Position numbers and translations under genes: made by a program. Of a stretch of 64,000 bases of DNA, positions 20,190 to 29,465 are shown piece after piece; the first letter of the stretch is position 1; the number at the start of each line of letters is the position of its first letter. Source of the DNA: a virus (lineage: Duplodnaviria; Caudoviricetes); the IMG/VR virus record IMGVR_UViG_2917762859_000001; one strand, written 5' to 3'. Below the pieces are notes generated by a model. The model ran no database searches and had not been told where the DNA came from. It saw only the letters and a list, made by a program, of their open reading frames with translations.

Positions 20190-20485
20190 TTTCTTGTTCC
20201 TTTTATTTTTCTATTTGATATTTCATATTCAATTCCGCCAAGTCTGTCATTTAATATTGATATCAATAATGACACTTGGCTTAAAAATAATCCCACATCA
20301 CCAAGTTGATCTTTACCGTCGGGATAATTTTCATTAGCATCAGCCCAAAACATAAAATCGCCGAATACCTTCATTCCTGTAATGAGTGAATCAATAGCTA
20401 AATCTAAATTACCTCTTAAGTTACCTAGTTCACCTTCTGTTAATTTGCTTAAGTCAGGAAGAGTAATTAATTCATCAATATTCAT
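20186..20485 (-). CDS. Phage hypothetical protein
   Basis: GGAGG RBS; coupled ORF. Confidence 0.65.
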   Translation of the reverse strand: MNIDELITLPDLSKLTEGELGNLRGNLDLAIDSLITGMKVFGDFMFWADANENYPDGKDQLGDVGLFLSQVSLLISILNDRLGGIEYEISNRKIKGTRK

Positions 20486-20883
20486 TGCGCCTCCGTGAAA
20501 CTTACTTTTTCATAAACGGTCTCTAAATTTAATTTGGCTGATTGGATTAAATTTGTAATTTGAATATCGTAATTTTTAATATGACCGCTTTCTTCAGCGA
20601 CTTTTAAATTAATTGCAGTTTCTAATGTATTTAAAATGCACCCGACAGCCGTTTCAATTGTATCGTTATCACTGATTTTAATTTCACCGATAGGCTTTGG
20701 TGATTTATCAGTGTTAATGCTTGATACACTTTCTTTAGCTCTTTCTATATTGGCTACTGCAGATTCAATCGCATTAAACATATTATCGCTAGGTGTTACG
20801 TTATCATTGATAATGAGATTTAAAATAGAAGTTGCATAAAGTAATTCATCACAAGCGGATTGCTTTAATTCAATGTTATTCAT
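20482..20883 (-). CDS. Phage hypothetical protein
   Basis: Coupled ORF. Confidence 0.65.
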   Translation of the reverse strand: MNNIELKQSACDELLYATSILNLIINDNVTPSDNMFNAIESAVANIERAKESVSSINTDKSPKPIGEIKISDNDTIETAVGCILNTLETAINLKVAEESGHIKNYDIQITNLIQSAKLNLETVYEKVSFTEAQ

Positions 20884-21070
20884 AACCTAGAGCCTCTCTA
20901 ATTTCATCTTCTGCTTGAGATAATAAGCTAAGTTGGATTGCTCGCTCTTCCTCATTACGAGAGAGAAATTGTGCCGTTTCTAGAAACGATTTGACTCTAT
21001 GTAATGTATCTTCGTATTTACCTAAATCAGACTTAATTTCTTTTGCCATGATTGCTATCTCTCTGTGCAT
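20876..21070 (-). CDS. Phage hypothetical protein
   Basis: Coupled ORF. Confidence 0.55.
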   Translation of the reverse strand: MHREIAIMAKEIKSDLGKYEDTLHRVKSFLETAQFLSRNEEERAIQLSLLSQAEDEIREALGYE

Positions 21071-21254
21071 TTTCTTCGATTAACCAGACTGAAATATCAC
21101 CTGATAATTCGTAAGCTAGTCCAATTAAGCTTTCTATCTCAGGCTGACCCGATATACGTTCAGCATTGAGCTGGAATAAAAGGGCGTTTAGTTGGTCGCT
21201 TTTTTTTGCAACAGCTTCTAAGTTGAGTTCGTGAGCCATAATTAAGCCTCGCAA
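21033..21254 (-). CDS. Phage hypothetical protein
   Basis: Coupled ORF. Confidence 0.55.
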   Translation of the reverse strand: MRGLIMAHELNLEAVAKKSDQLNALLFQLNAERISGQPEIESLIGLAYELSGDISVWLIEENAQRDSNHGKRN

Positions 21255-21448
21255 GGAAATTGAGCAGAGAAAACAACATTACCACCGAGTAATTCTTTAG
21301 CTTGTTCAGCGCTGGTGGCTATAACTTCTTTTTTCTCTGGACACTCTGTTTTAGTCCAGAAACGAAACAAGAACATAGGTAACATTACGCCTGTATGTAT
21401 GTCAGGTTTCGGTAAATCAGCTATTGCAGTAGAATGTAAAATGGTCAT
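21242..21448 (-). CDS. Icd-like host cell division inhibitor
   Basis: C-terminal ATSAEQAKELLGGNVVFSAQFP motif. Confidence 0.5.
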   Translation of the reverse strand: MTILHSTAIADLPKPDIHTGVMLPMFLFRFWTKTECPEKKEVIATSAEQAKELLGGNVVFSAQFPCEA

Positions 21449-21449
21449 C

Positions 21450-21902
21450 TTATAACTCCTCTGTTTTTGAGGTGCAAAAATCTGTCATTTCACCTTCTCC
21501 GTAAGCCAACCACCATTTGTTTATCCCTAAAGCGTTTGATATAGCAGTGCTATATTCAATCCCATGCCTTTTCCCTGTAACTAAAGAGCTGATAAGGCTC
21601 TGTGATACCCCCATGCATTTAGCTAATTCTGTTTGGGTTATTCCTGATTCACGTAAAACCAACTTTAAACGTTCTGCAAACGTGTTTTTAGTAGATATTG
21701 TTTCTACTGCCGGAGTCTTTGGTTGTTGGTAAGATTCAGGCTTATTTTCGACAATAGAGTTAATTGTCTTACTTTTCTCTATCGCCATTTCTATTAGCGA
21801 TTGAACTTCACTTGATGAACTTGACTCAAGTGCGCAATATAACAGCGTTTGTACCTGTGAATTTGTTCGTAACAATTTTGATTCATCAAAAATCTGGATC
21901 AT
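21450..21902 (-). CDS. XRE helix-turn-helix protein
   Basis: FAERLK..GITQTELAKCMGVSQSLIS..WWLAYGEG. Confidence 0.8.
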   Translation of the reverse strand: MIQIFDESKLLRTNSQVQTLLYCALESSSSSEVQSLIEMAIEKSKTINSIVENKPESYQQPKTPAVETISTKNTFAERLKLVLRESGITQTELAKCMGVSQSLISSLVTGKRHGIEYSTAISNALGINKWWLAYGEGEMTDFCTSKTEEL

Positions 21903-21924
21903 GGCACACCCTCAACAATTACCT

Positions 21925-21990
21925 TTCGAAACCTAGGTTACAAAAAGCTAGGTTTTGTGTCAATAGAAAGATGAAAGAAAAGTTTCGGGT
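21925..21990 (-). promoter_or_regulatory. Putative pL operators (OL)
   Basis: GAAACCTAGGTTAC and GAAAGAAAAGTTTC resemble the GAAA-N6-TTTC sites between cI and cro. Confidence 0.55.
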
Positions 21991-22050
21991 GAATAAAGGT
22001 GGGAAAGAAATGCGATAAGTTCCAGACAATAAAAAACCCACCGGAGTGGG

Positions 22051-22458
22051 TTAGTTGGAATTTGGTATCGATGCTTGCTTTTTACTTATAATTTCTATTA
22101 TTTTATTTTGAACATTAGAGCTGAGGTGGATAGCAGTTTCCGCATCTCTCTTACCAGAAGCAAACTTATTATCTAGCCTATAGTCTGCTATGATCCTGTT
22201 ATCTTTCAGTGTTTGCAACATAAATCCTATTGCTCTCAATGCTTTAGGATCGTATTTTTCACTACCCTTTGAGCCGTCACCAAGTAAATAATCTATTAAT
22301 CCCTGATGATTATCTTTTGGTCCATGTCTAAGTGCTGGATAAACACAATGATATGCAGCATAGTAGGCTCTTGATATGGCGTTTCTATACCCTACTTCAT
22401 CGTTCCTATCTAGACAGTCTCTAGCAAAATCCAGTAACTCACTGCATGTTATTGGCAT
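22051..22458 (-). CDS. HEPN-domain protein
   Basis: ISRAYYAAYH and RIIADY motifs of HEPN (UPF0332/MNT-associated) proteins. Confidence 0.8.
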   Translation of the reverse strand: MPITCSELLDFARDCLDRNDEVGYRNAISRAYYAAYHCVYPALRHGPKDNHQGLIDYLLGDGSKGSEKYDPKALRAIGFMLQTLKDNRIIADYRLDNKFASGKRDAETAIHLSSNVQNKIIEIISKKQASIPNSN

Positions 22459-23231
22459 GACGAAGCCTCCGATCCTGCATCGCTATCAGAGCCTTTAATA
22501 TAAACGCTAAACTTTTTACCTAAAAATTCCTCATGATCTGCGAACTTAAAAGCTAAATCCATGTTCATATCTGCTAAAGTTGATGCCGTTGAGCAGTTTG
22601 TTGTTACCATGTATGAATTTATAGGCTCATCGAATCTATTGTCACTAATGTACTCGACACTTAGCACCTGATAGTTATTGTCATCTATTAGATCCATGAT
22701 AATCCCTGACAACATCTCAGTTTCTGGCTGAGAGAACCCAGCCATATCTCTAAATTTAGACAGGGCTGAGCTAGCTTTTTTTAACTCTTCCTGTAATTTC
22801 ATGCGCTCCTCATTTAGAGATAATTTTATCCACTGTGTCATGAAAACACCCATCATTTTTAAATCAGCAAAAAACAAGCTATATTGGAATGCAAATTTAG
22901 CAAATATTTTTGATTCGTATTCCGTGGCAAGTCTCGCAGATAGCTCTCTTGCCTGCCTTGTCGATCCTAAATTGCAAATGATTGATAGATATCCAAGAGC
23001 ATAATCACCGTTAGGAACCTGTAGAGCTAATTCAAAATAATAAATTGATTTTTGGATATTTTTATTTAGTCCATAAGCAATACCAAGTGCGTAATTCTTT
23101 TCAAGCCCAGAAAAATACTTGTTAATATCATTAATGTATCTCATTAGCGACATATCATCGATTGTCTGTCCAGACTGAAGCATCGAGGCCATTTTGGAAA
23201 GTAATTCTTCAGACTTGTGTATAGGTTGCAT
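22449..23231 (-). CDS. TPR-like helical protein, partner of the HEPN gene
   Basis: YALGIAYGLNKNIQKSIYYFELAL TPR-like motif; overlaps HEPN start by 10 nt. Confidence 0.6.
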   Translation of the reverse strand: MQPIHKSEELLSKMASMLQSGQTIDDMSLMRYINDINKYFSGLEKNYALGIAYGLNKNIQKSIYYFELALQVPNGDYALGYLSIICNLGSTRQARELSARLATEYESKIFAKFAFQYSLFFADLKMMGVFMTQWIKLSLNEERMKLQEELKKASSALSKFRDMAGFSQPETEMLSGIIMDLIDDNNYQVLSVEYISDNRFDEPINSYMVTTNCSTASTLADMNMDLAFKFADHEEFLGKKFSVYIKGSDSDAGSEASSCQ

Positions 23232-23383
23232 ACTTTATTTATCTGCCTAGTTACGCAATTTGATAAAAATAACTGAGGCTATCGTAAAACAACATTTAGT
23301 TAACTTCAATAAAAGTTTGTGCCTCCGAGAGGAGTATCACTATCTATTATAAGAGATAAATCTCTATTTAGATGAGATTTGAA

Positions 23384-23399
23384 CTGTACATAAAAACAG
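23384..23399. promoter_or_regulatory. LexA (SOS) box
   Basis: CTGTACATAAAAACAG fits CTG-N10-CAG with an AT-rich core. Confidence 0.7.
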
Positions 23400-23551
23400 T
23401 GCCGCTACCCACAAAACGGCTCAAATCCACCGTTCGTTTATCTTCGGACTAGATTGGGATTGTGGCTTTCAGAAAACAACAAAGGGCACGGATGCCCTGA
23501 GTTTGAGCGATAAGAATCAAATACAGCAGTTTGTTTTGCAAGTTCAAGGTG

Positions 23552-24220
23552 TCATACGAAACGCATCATCATTTGAACCACGACGCCGATAATTTTACAA
23601 TTACCATTAATCGATATCATTGGCCACGCCGGATTTAGCCCCTTAAGAAAATGACTATTCCCATCTATTACTAATTTTTTAAAAGTAGCCTCATTTGTGT
23701 CAGTTAACTTGGCAATTACTAAGCTTCCATTTATTGGTTCTCTGCCCGTATCGACAAGTACAAGTGAGCCTTCAGGAATACTAACCCCAATCGGAGCCGT
23801 CATGGAATCTCCCTCCACTCGTAGCCAGAATGCAGAACCATGCATTTTGACTTCTGACTCATACCATTCATCTATTTGATCTAGTGTGTATGGCTCACAA
23901 GCCTCGTTCCAATTTCCCGCTTGAACCATACTCAATACGGGATATTTTGGGGACGGTTTGTATAGTCTTGGGTTTGATACATTATTATCGAATTGCTCAG
24001 TAACTTCCTGCTTTGGTTCTTTCCCATGAAGTAACCATTTAGGTGAACATTTCAGCGCTGCTGCAATCTTGAAAAGATTTGCCGATCTTGTGTCCTGAGA
24101 TTCACCGAGTTCAATTTTACTAATTGTTACTCTCGACACACCTGTTAATTTTGCAAGGTCATCTTGTGACATACCCAGCTCAGTTCGCCGCTCAAGCAAT
24201 CTTTCTCCAAATGTACTCAT
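23552..24220 (-). CDS. cI: CI-like repressor (HTH + S24 peptidase)
   Basis: N-terminal HTH, VQAG cleavage site, VEGDSM and ATFKKL catalytic motifs. Confidence 0.95.
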   Translation of the reverse strand: MSTFGERLLERRTELGMSQDDLAKLTGVSRVTISKIELGESQDTRSANLFKIAAALKCSPKWLLHGKEPKQEVTEQFDNNVSNPRLYKPSPKYPVLSMVQAGNWNEACEPYTLDQIDEWYESEVKMHGSAFWLRVEGDSMTAPIGVSIPEGSLVLVDTGREPINGSLVIAKLTDTNEATFKKLVIDGNSHFLKGLNPAWPMISINGNCKIIGVVVQMMMRFV

Positions 24221-24244
24221 TTTTTCGCCTCAAAAAGTTATCCC

Positions 24245-24315
24245 GAAACTAATATATCAAAAAGAATTGAAACTTAACTTTCTTTTTAATATGATTTAAC
24301 GAAAGAAAACTTTCA
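24245..24315. promoter_or_regulatory. Putative OR operators (pR/pRM)
   Basis: GAAACTAATATATC, GAAACTTAACTTTC and GAAAGAAAACTTTC between divergent cI and cro. Confidence 0.6.
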
Positions 24316-24325
24316 AGGATAAATT

Positions 24326-24544
24326 ATGAATTTATATGAAATCTTAAAAGGCATTCATAAAACGAATGCTGCGATAGGCAAAGCTTATCCGTTAAAAGGG
24401 AAGCCTCGTAGTAGCCAAGGGGTTGGCAAATGGAAGTGGCGTGGTGTTCCTGAAGATGTGGCAATTCTCTGTCATTACGATCCTGAAATTCCATATACAC
24501 ACGAGCGATTAAACCATGCACCAAATCAATATGCCGATGCCTGA
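24326..24544 (+). CDS. cro: Cro-like protein
   Basis: 72 aa, divergent from cI; SSQGVGKW HTH-like segment. Confidence 0.7.
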   Translation: MNLYEILKGIHKTNAAIGKAYPLKGKPRSSQGVGKWKWRGVPEDVAILCHYDPEIPYTHERLNHAPNQYADA

Positions 24545-24785
24545 TCACTACTTTCCTGATGATGCTAAGTGGATTCAGGAACAACTCACGAAGTTAAGCC
24601 CAAGCATGAGGCAAAAGGCATTAGTTAAATATTCAGAAGTGTATCAAACGGAATGGGAACGAGAACAAGTTCCCTACCGTAAAGACAACAAAGCTCGTCA
24701 TGAGGCTAACGTGAGATTAAGAGAGTTCATAAAGCGTTATCAGAGAGCAATGCAAGGGTACACAGCAAAGCCGTTATCGATTTAG
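24516..24785 (+). CDS. Phage hypothetical protein
   Basis: Follows cro. Confidence 0.65.
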   Translation: MHQINMPMPDHYFPDDAKWIQEQLTKLSPSMRQKALVKYSEVYQTEWEREQVPYRKDNKARHEANVRLREFIKRYQRAMQGYTAKPLSI

Positions 24786-24817
24786 TAGTAATTAAATTTA
24801 GGAGGCATTGGAAGTTA

Positions 24818-24833
24818 AGACGTTTAGCCGTCT
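24818..24833. promoter_or_regulatory. Tandem Met boxes (putative MetJ operator)
   Basis: AGACGTTT-AGCCGTCT (7/8 and 7/8 vs AGACGTCT). Confidence 0.5.
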
Positions 24834-24844
24834 AGATTGTTTTC

Positions 24845-24960
24845 TGGGGAAGAGGGGGAAACTTTCTAGGGGGGAAAGGGGGGTGATCTTTGAAAGGGGT
24901 GTTAGGGAAGGCACAGCCAAGGGAGTGAGCAGATCTTAAATATAGATCTCTATAGGAGCT
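24845..24960. other. G-tract/purine-rich non-coding segment, putative replication origin
   Basis: Multiple G4-G6 runs and an AGATCT palindrome pair upstream of helicase/primase. Confidence 0.4.
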
Positions 24961-24971
24961 AAAAAGCCAAC

Positions 24972-24987
24972 AGCCGTTTAGACGTCC
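24972..24987. promoter_or_regulatory. Tandem Met boxes (putative MetJ operator)
   Basis: AGCCGTTT-AGACGTCC (6/8 and 7/8). Confidence 0.5.
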
Positions 24988-25033
24988 AAAGAAATAAAAA
25001 TAAATCCCTTCCTTTGGCAATGCTAATTATCAG

Positions 25034-26611
25034 ATGAGGAAACCGATGTTAACAATCACACCAAATTTTGCACAGGAACGCGGATTGACGATGTTACGTC
25101 AGGCATGGAAGCAAAATAGAACATTCATGATTTATAGCCCAACAGGAAGCGGGAAAACGGCATTAGCTGCGTTTATTACTGATGGACATATTCAGCGTGG
25201 AATGAGAGTGATGTTTCTTGTTCCTTACACAATTTTGATTGATCAAACAGCCAGTCGTTTTATTGAGTATGGCTTGCCAGCTGAAGAGATTAGCTATGTA
25301 TGGCGTGATCACCCTAATTATGATCCGACTCGTTTAATTCAAATCGCATCAGCAGATACCGTTATTCGTCGAGACTTTCCAGACAATATCGATTTACTCA
25401 TTATCGATGAGGCGCATTTACGCCGTAAGAAAATATTAGAAGTGATCAGTGAGTGTGAATTCAAGGTAATTGGTTTGTCTGGTACGCCTTTTGCCTCATT
25501 CCTTGGACATTACTACGAAACATTAATCAAACCTACCACCATGAAAGAGTTAATCAAACGTGGTGATTTAAGCTCATACGAGTTCTATGCGCCGACTAAA
25601 CCCGATTTATCAAAAGTGAAATCGTCCAGCAACGCAGAGTTCGGTAGTGATTATAAAGAAGTTGAGATAGCTGAAATTATGAGTGGTGCTGATTTGGTGG
25701 GAGATATTGTTGATAACTGGCTTGTGAATGGTCGAAACCTACCGACGATTTGCTTTTGTGTCACGGTCAGTCATGCCAATTTTGTCACTGTCGAATTTAA
25801 CCGCGCAGGTGTGAATGCAGAGGTGATCACCGCAGATACGCCACATGATGAGCGTCAGATCATTATTCATCGGTTTGAGCAAGGCGCGACTAAGATACTT
25901 GTGAGCGTGGGAACATTGATTGCCGGCTTTGATAGTGATGTTCGTTGCATTATTTATGCCCGTCCAACTAAATCAGAAATTCGTTGGTGTCAGGCGATTG
26001 GTAGAGGATTGCGTACTGCGCCAGGGAAAGAAACTTGCCTTATTTTCGATCACTCCGGTTCTGTTCACCGCTTAGGTTATCCAGATGACATTGAATATGA
26101 CGAACTGCCTACCAAAAACGACGGCATGAGTGAATCCTCATCTATCCGAGAGCAAGAAAAACAAGAGAAGAAACCCAAAGAATGTTCCTCTTGCCACTAC
26201 ATGAAGCCTGCAGGTGTTTATGTTTGCCCTAAATGTGGGTTTAAACCTTTAGTTGGTGAAGATATTGATGTTGATACTAGTCGAAACATCAAAAAACTAA
26301 ATAAGAAAGAACGCACTTACACCCGAGAAGACAAGCAAAGCTGGTGGTCTCAATTGAAATACTACCAGAATCAACGCGCAACACAGGGCAAGCCGATTAG
26401 CGATGGTTGGGTTTCTAATACTTTCAAAGATAAATTTGGCGTATGGCCACAAGGCTTTCATAACACACCACAAGAAATCACACCTGAAGTGAGCAACTTT
26501 ATTAAATACAAACAAATCGCCTTTGCTAAGTCTCGCAAGAAGGCACAAGTCAATATTCAAAATCTACGCACTCAAATTAGCCACCAGCCACAGCAAGGAG
26601 GTTTACTGTGA
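25034..26611 (+). CDS. SF2 DEAH helicase with Zn finger
   Basis: PTGSGKT, DEAH, QAIGRGLR and CxxC..CPKCG motifs. Confidence 0.9.
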   Translation: MRKPMLTITPNFAQERGLTMLRQAWKQNRTFMIYSPTGSGKTALAAFITDGHIQRGMRVMFLVPYTILIDQTASRFIEYGLPAEEISYVWRDHPNYDPTRLIQIASADTVIRRDFPDNIDLLIIDEAHLRRKKILEVISECEFKVIGLSGTPFASFLGHYYETLIKPTTMKELIKRGDLSSYEFYAPTKPDLSKVKSSSNAEFGSDYKEVEIAEIMSGADLVGDIVDNWLVNGRNLPTICFCVTVSHANFVTVEFNRAGVNAEVITADTPHDERQIIIHRFEQGATKILVSVGTLIAGFDSDVRCIIYARPTKSEIRWCQAIGRGLRTAPGKETCLIFDHSGSVHRLGYPDDIEYDELPTKNDGMSESSSIREQEKQEKKPKECSSCHYMKPAGVYVCPKCGFKPLVGEDIDVDTSRNIKKLNKKERTYTREDKQSWWSQLKYYQNQRATQGKPISDGWVSNTFKDKFGVWPQGFHNTPQEITPEVSNFIKYKQIAFAKSRKKAQVNIQNLRTQISHQPQQGGLL

Positions 26612-27582
26612 ATACCATTGATGCGGTAAAAGGACTATGGGCAAAAATATTTGCACATTATGGGTTACCTCCTATAACGGGCCGTAAGCACTTTAAAGGA
26701 AAGTGCCCTATCTGCGGGCAGAAAGGAAAATTCCGTATTGATGATAAAGACGGACGAGGAACTTATATTTGCACGTGCAGTTCGGGTAACGGTTTTCAAT
26801 TGCTGGAAAGAACACAAGGCAAAGACTTTAAAACATTAGCAGATGAAATTGATGTATTGATTGGTAATCACCGAGAAAAAGAAATTATTCCACCCAACAA
26901 AGTCAATAAGAATAATTTATTCCAACGTATTACGGGCTGTTATTCCAAACTACCCATACTTAAAAATACACCCGCCATGCAGTATTTGCAGAATCGAGGT
27001 GTTTTTGAGTTACCACTTGATAATGTCCGTTATTGTGATCATCAACCTGTTCGTAATAGTTCTGACAAATTTCAAGCTATCTGGTCACTAGCTACTGATG
27101 CTAAAGGGCAACTCTGTTATTTACATAGAACGTATTTACAAGGGGATAAAAAAGCACCTCTTGATATTGTGAAGAAAATGACTGCTGTGCAGGATGACAA
27201 TTATTTAGAGTATGCAGAATCTGTCGCGATAAGAATGTTTCCTGTCGATACTACACTTGGCATTGCTGAAGGTATAGAGACCGCACTTTCTTGTAAGCAA
27301 CTCTATGGTGTAAATGCTTGGTCGGTCATTAATACTAACTTCATGAAAAAATTCAAAGCACCGAAGGGTGTTACTCATCTTGTTATCTTTACAGATATGG
27401 ATTGGAATGCGGCTGGTCATGCAGCTGCTATGGAGTGCGCGCATAAAAACCTACTTTCTAATAATGATGTAGAGACAGTAAGAGTGAGATGGCCCGATAG
27501 AGGTGACTTTAACGATATGCTAACAGAAGCTTGTGAGGTAAGAGAGTTAGTATTTTCAAGACAACATAAGGAAGTGGCATAA
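26608..27582 (+). CDS. DNA primase (Zn-binding + Toprim)
   Basis: [16 protein letters not shown] and GDFNDML motifs. Confidence 0.9.
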   Translation: MNTIDAVKGLWAKIFAHYGLPPITGRKHFKGKCPICGQKGKFRIDDKDGRGTYICTCSSGNGFQLLERTQGKDFKTLADEIDVLIGNHREKEIIPPNKVNKNNLFQRITGCYSKLPILKNTPAMQYLQNRGVFELPLDNVRYCDHQPVRNSSDKFQAIWSLATDAKGQLCYLHRTYLQGDKKAPLDIVKKMTAVQDDNYLEYAESVAIRMFPVDTTLGIAEGIETALSCKQLYGVNAWSVINTNFMKKFKAPKGVTHLVIFTDMDWNAAGHAAAMECAHKNLLSNNDVETVRVRWPDRGDFNDMLTEACEVRELVFSRQHKEVA

Positions 27583-27965
27583 TGCGTGATATACAACAGG
27601 TATTAGAAAGATGGGGTGCATGGTCGGCAGATAATACAGAGTCGGTCCAATGGTATTCGGTTGCTGCGGGGTTTAGTGGATTAATACCAAGTAAAGTTAA
27701 GGCTCGCCCCCAATGTTGTGAAGACGATGCAATAATTATTTCTAGTTGTATGGCGCAATTGAATAAAAAGAATAGTGATATGCATGACCTATTGCTTGAT
27801 TACTATTTATTCGGAATGACATTTATGCAACTTGCTAACAAGCACAATTGTTCTGATGGGCATATAGGTAAAAAATTACAAAAGGCAGAAGGAATAATAG
27901 AAGGTATGTTAATGATGCTAGATGTTTCCTTAGAAATGGATCGATATGTAGAAAAAATCATATAA
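27582..27965 (+). CDS. Q: Antitermination protein Q
   Basis: [14 protein letters not shown] and LQKAEG motifs. Confidence 0.9.
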   Translation: MRDIQQVLERWGAWSADNTESVQWYSVAAGFSGLIPSKVKARPQCCEDDAIIISSCMAQLNKKNSDMHDLLLDYYLFGMTFMQLANKHNCSDGHIGKKLQKAEGIIEGMLMMLDVSLEMDRYVEKII

Positions 27966-28030
27966 AAACTTTACGTACGTAAAAATGATGATATTGTGAT
28001 AAGACTGACATCAAGGTCAACTAGCTTATG

Positions 28031-28053
28031 AACCTCATTTAAAGTGAGGTTTT
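28031..28053 (+). terminator. Putative tR' late-leader terminator
   Basis: AACCTCA-TTTAAAG-TGAGGTT followed by T-rich tail, just after Q. Confidence 0.7.
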
Positions 28054-28100
28054 GTGTTTTTATTGGTTATTCTCTTTGTCTGCGCTTTTAATTTTTAAAA

Positions 28101-28135
28101 TGAAATAGCTTCATATTAAATATGAAATAGTTTCA
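28101..28135 (+). promoter_or_regulatory. Two MetR-type binding sites
   Basis: TGAAATAGCTTCA and TGAAATAGTTTCA fit TGAA-N5-TTCA, 22 bp apart, upstream of the methionine synthase. Confidence 0.7.
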
Positions 28136-28205
28136 ATATCCATTTTTTTTATTAATGCTATGTTTGGTAGCAAAATTCTTAATAAGAAAATATAGGATAT
28201 ATTGA

Positions 28206-29372
28206 ATGAGCACTAACATCCCTCCATTTAAAGCTGATGTCGTTGGTAGTTACCTTCGACCTGAATATCTACATAAAGCGCGTAGCGATTATGCTAATGG
28301 CACTATTTCTAGCCATGAATTAAAAAAAATAGAAGATAAAGCAATCATTGAGTTAGTAGAAAAGCAGAAAAAAGCCGGATTACATGTTATTACCGATGGT
28401 GAGTTTCGTCGTAGCTGGTGGCATTTAGACTTTATGTGGGGATTAAACGGCGTTGAAAAAGCCTTTTTATCTAAAGGATATTCATTCGATGGTATTGAAA
28501 CTCGTCCAGAGACGGCTCGATTAACAGGAAAAATATCTGGAAATAACCACCCTTTTATTGAACATTTTTCATTTTTGTTGAAATTTGCTGAGGATAATAT
28601 TGTTCCTCGTTTAACGATCCCTGCACCAGCTCAATTTTTCAAAGAGCTTTATCGACCAGAGAATTTAGATAGCACTAATGCAATTTATCCTTCAAAAGAT
28701 GAGTTAATTAACGATATTATTGGTGCTTATCAAGAATTCATAAAAGAGTTATATCTTGTAGGGTGTCGCAATTTGCAATTAGATGATTGTACTTGGGGTA
28801 TGATGGTTGATTCTCGATATCACAACTCAGGTATTGCTGAGAGCGAAAGTGTAAATAGTTGCTCATGCCATTCAGATCATACTGTAATAAGCAATGATAT
28901 AAACTCATTAGCGGAAACGCTTGTTTATTTGAATAATGAAGCGATTAAAAACGCACCATCAGATTTAGTGTTAACAACACATGTTTGCCGAGGTAATTAT
29001 CGTTCTACATGGGCCGCTAGTGGTGGCTATGGACCGATTGCTGAGATCCTTTTTGGAAGAGAAAATGTATCAGCATATTATTTAGAGTTTGATACAGATA
29101 GAGCTGGTGATTTCTCCCCGTTATCTTATGTTTCAGGCAATAAAAAAGTTGTTCTGGGATTAATTTCTTCAAAAACTGGAGAGTTAGAGAGTAAACAAAA
29201 AGTAATAGAGCGAATCTATGAAGCTAGTAAGTTCGTACCATTAGATCGACTATGTTTAAGTACTCAATGTGGATTTGCATCAACTGAAGAAGGGAATGCA
29301 TTAACTGAAGAGCAACAATGGGATAAAATTGCATTAGTAAAAGAGATTGCTCAAGAAGTCTGGAAATATTAA
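28206..29372 (+). CDS. Cobalamin-independent methionine synthase II (short MetE, YxjG/H-like)
   Basis: DVVGSYLRP, TDGEFRR, HVCRGN, LEFD and QCGFAS zinc-ligand motifs. Confidence 0.9.
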   Translation: MSTNIPPFKADVVGSYLRPEYLHKARSDYANGTISSHELKKIEDKAIIELVEKQKKAGLHVITDGEFRRSWWHLDFMWGLNGVEKAFLSKGYSFDGIETRPETARLTGKISGNNHPFIEHFSFLLKFAEDNIVPRLTIPAPAQFFKELYRPENLDSTNAIYPSKDELINDIIGAYQEFIKELYLVGCRNLQLDDCTWGMMVDSRYHNSGIAESESVNSCSCHSDHTVISNDINSLAETLVYLNNEAIKNAPSDLVLTTHVCRGNYRSTWAASGGYGPIAEILFGRENVSAYYLEFDTDRAGDFSPLSYVSGNKKVVLGLISSKTGELESKQKVIERIYEASKFVPLDRLCLSTQCGFASTEEGNALTEEQQWDKIALVKEIAQEVWKY

Positions 29373-29440
29373 TCCCACAGACTGAAAACGTTATTACTCA
29401 TAAAACTCCATATATCGTGAGATTATTGATAGTTTTTTTA

Positions 29441-29465
29441 AAACCTCGCTTCGGCGGGGTTTTTT
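29441..29465 (+). terminator. Rho-independent terminator
   Basis: ACCTCGC-TTCG-GCGGGGT followed by T run. Confidence 0.85.

Noticed and set aside
24832-25020. Pro-rich minus-strand ORF
   Set aside because: By-product of the G tracts; antisense to the early right operon
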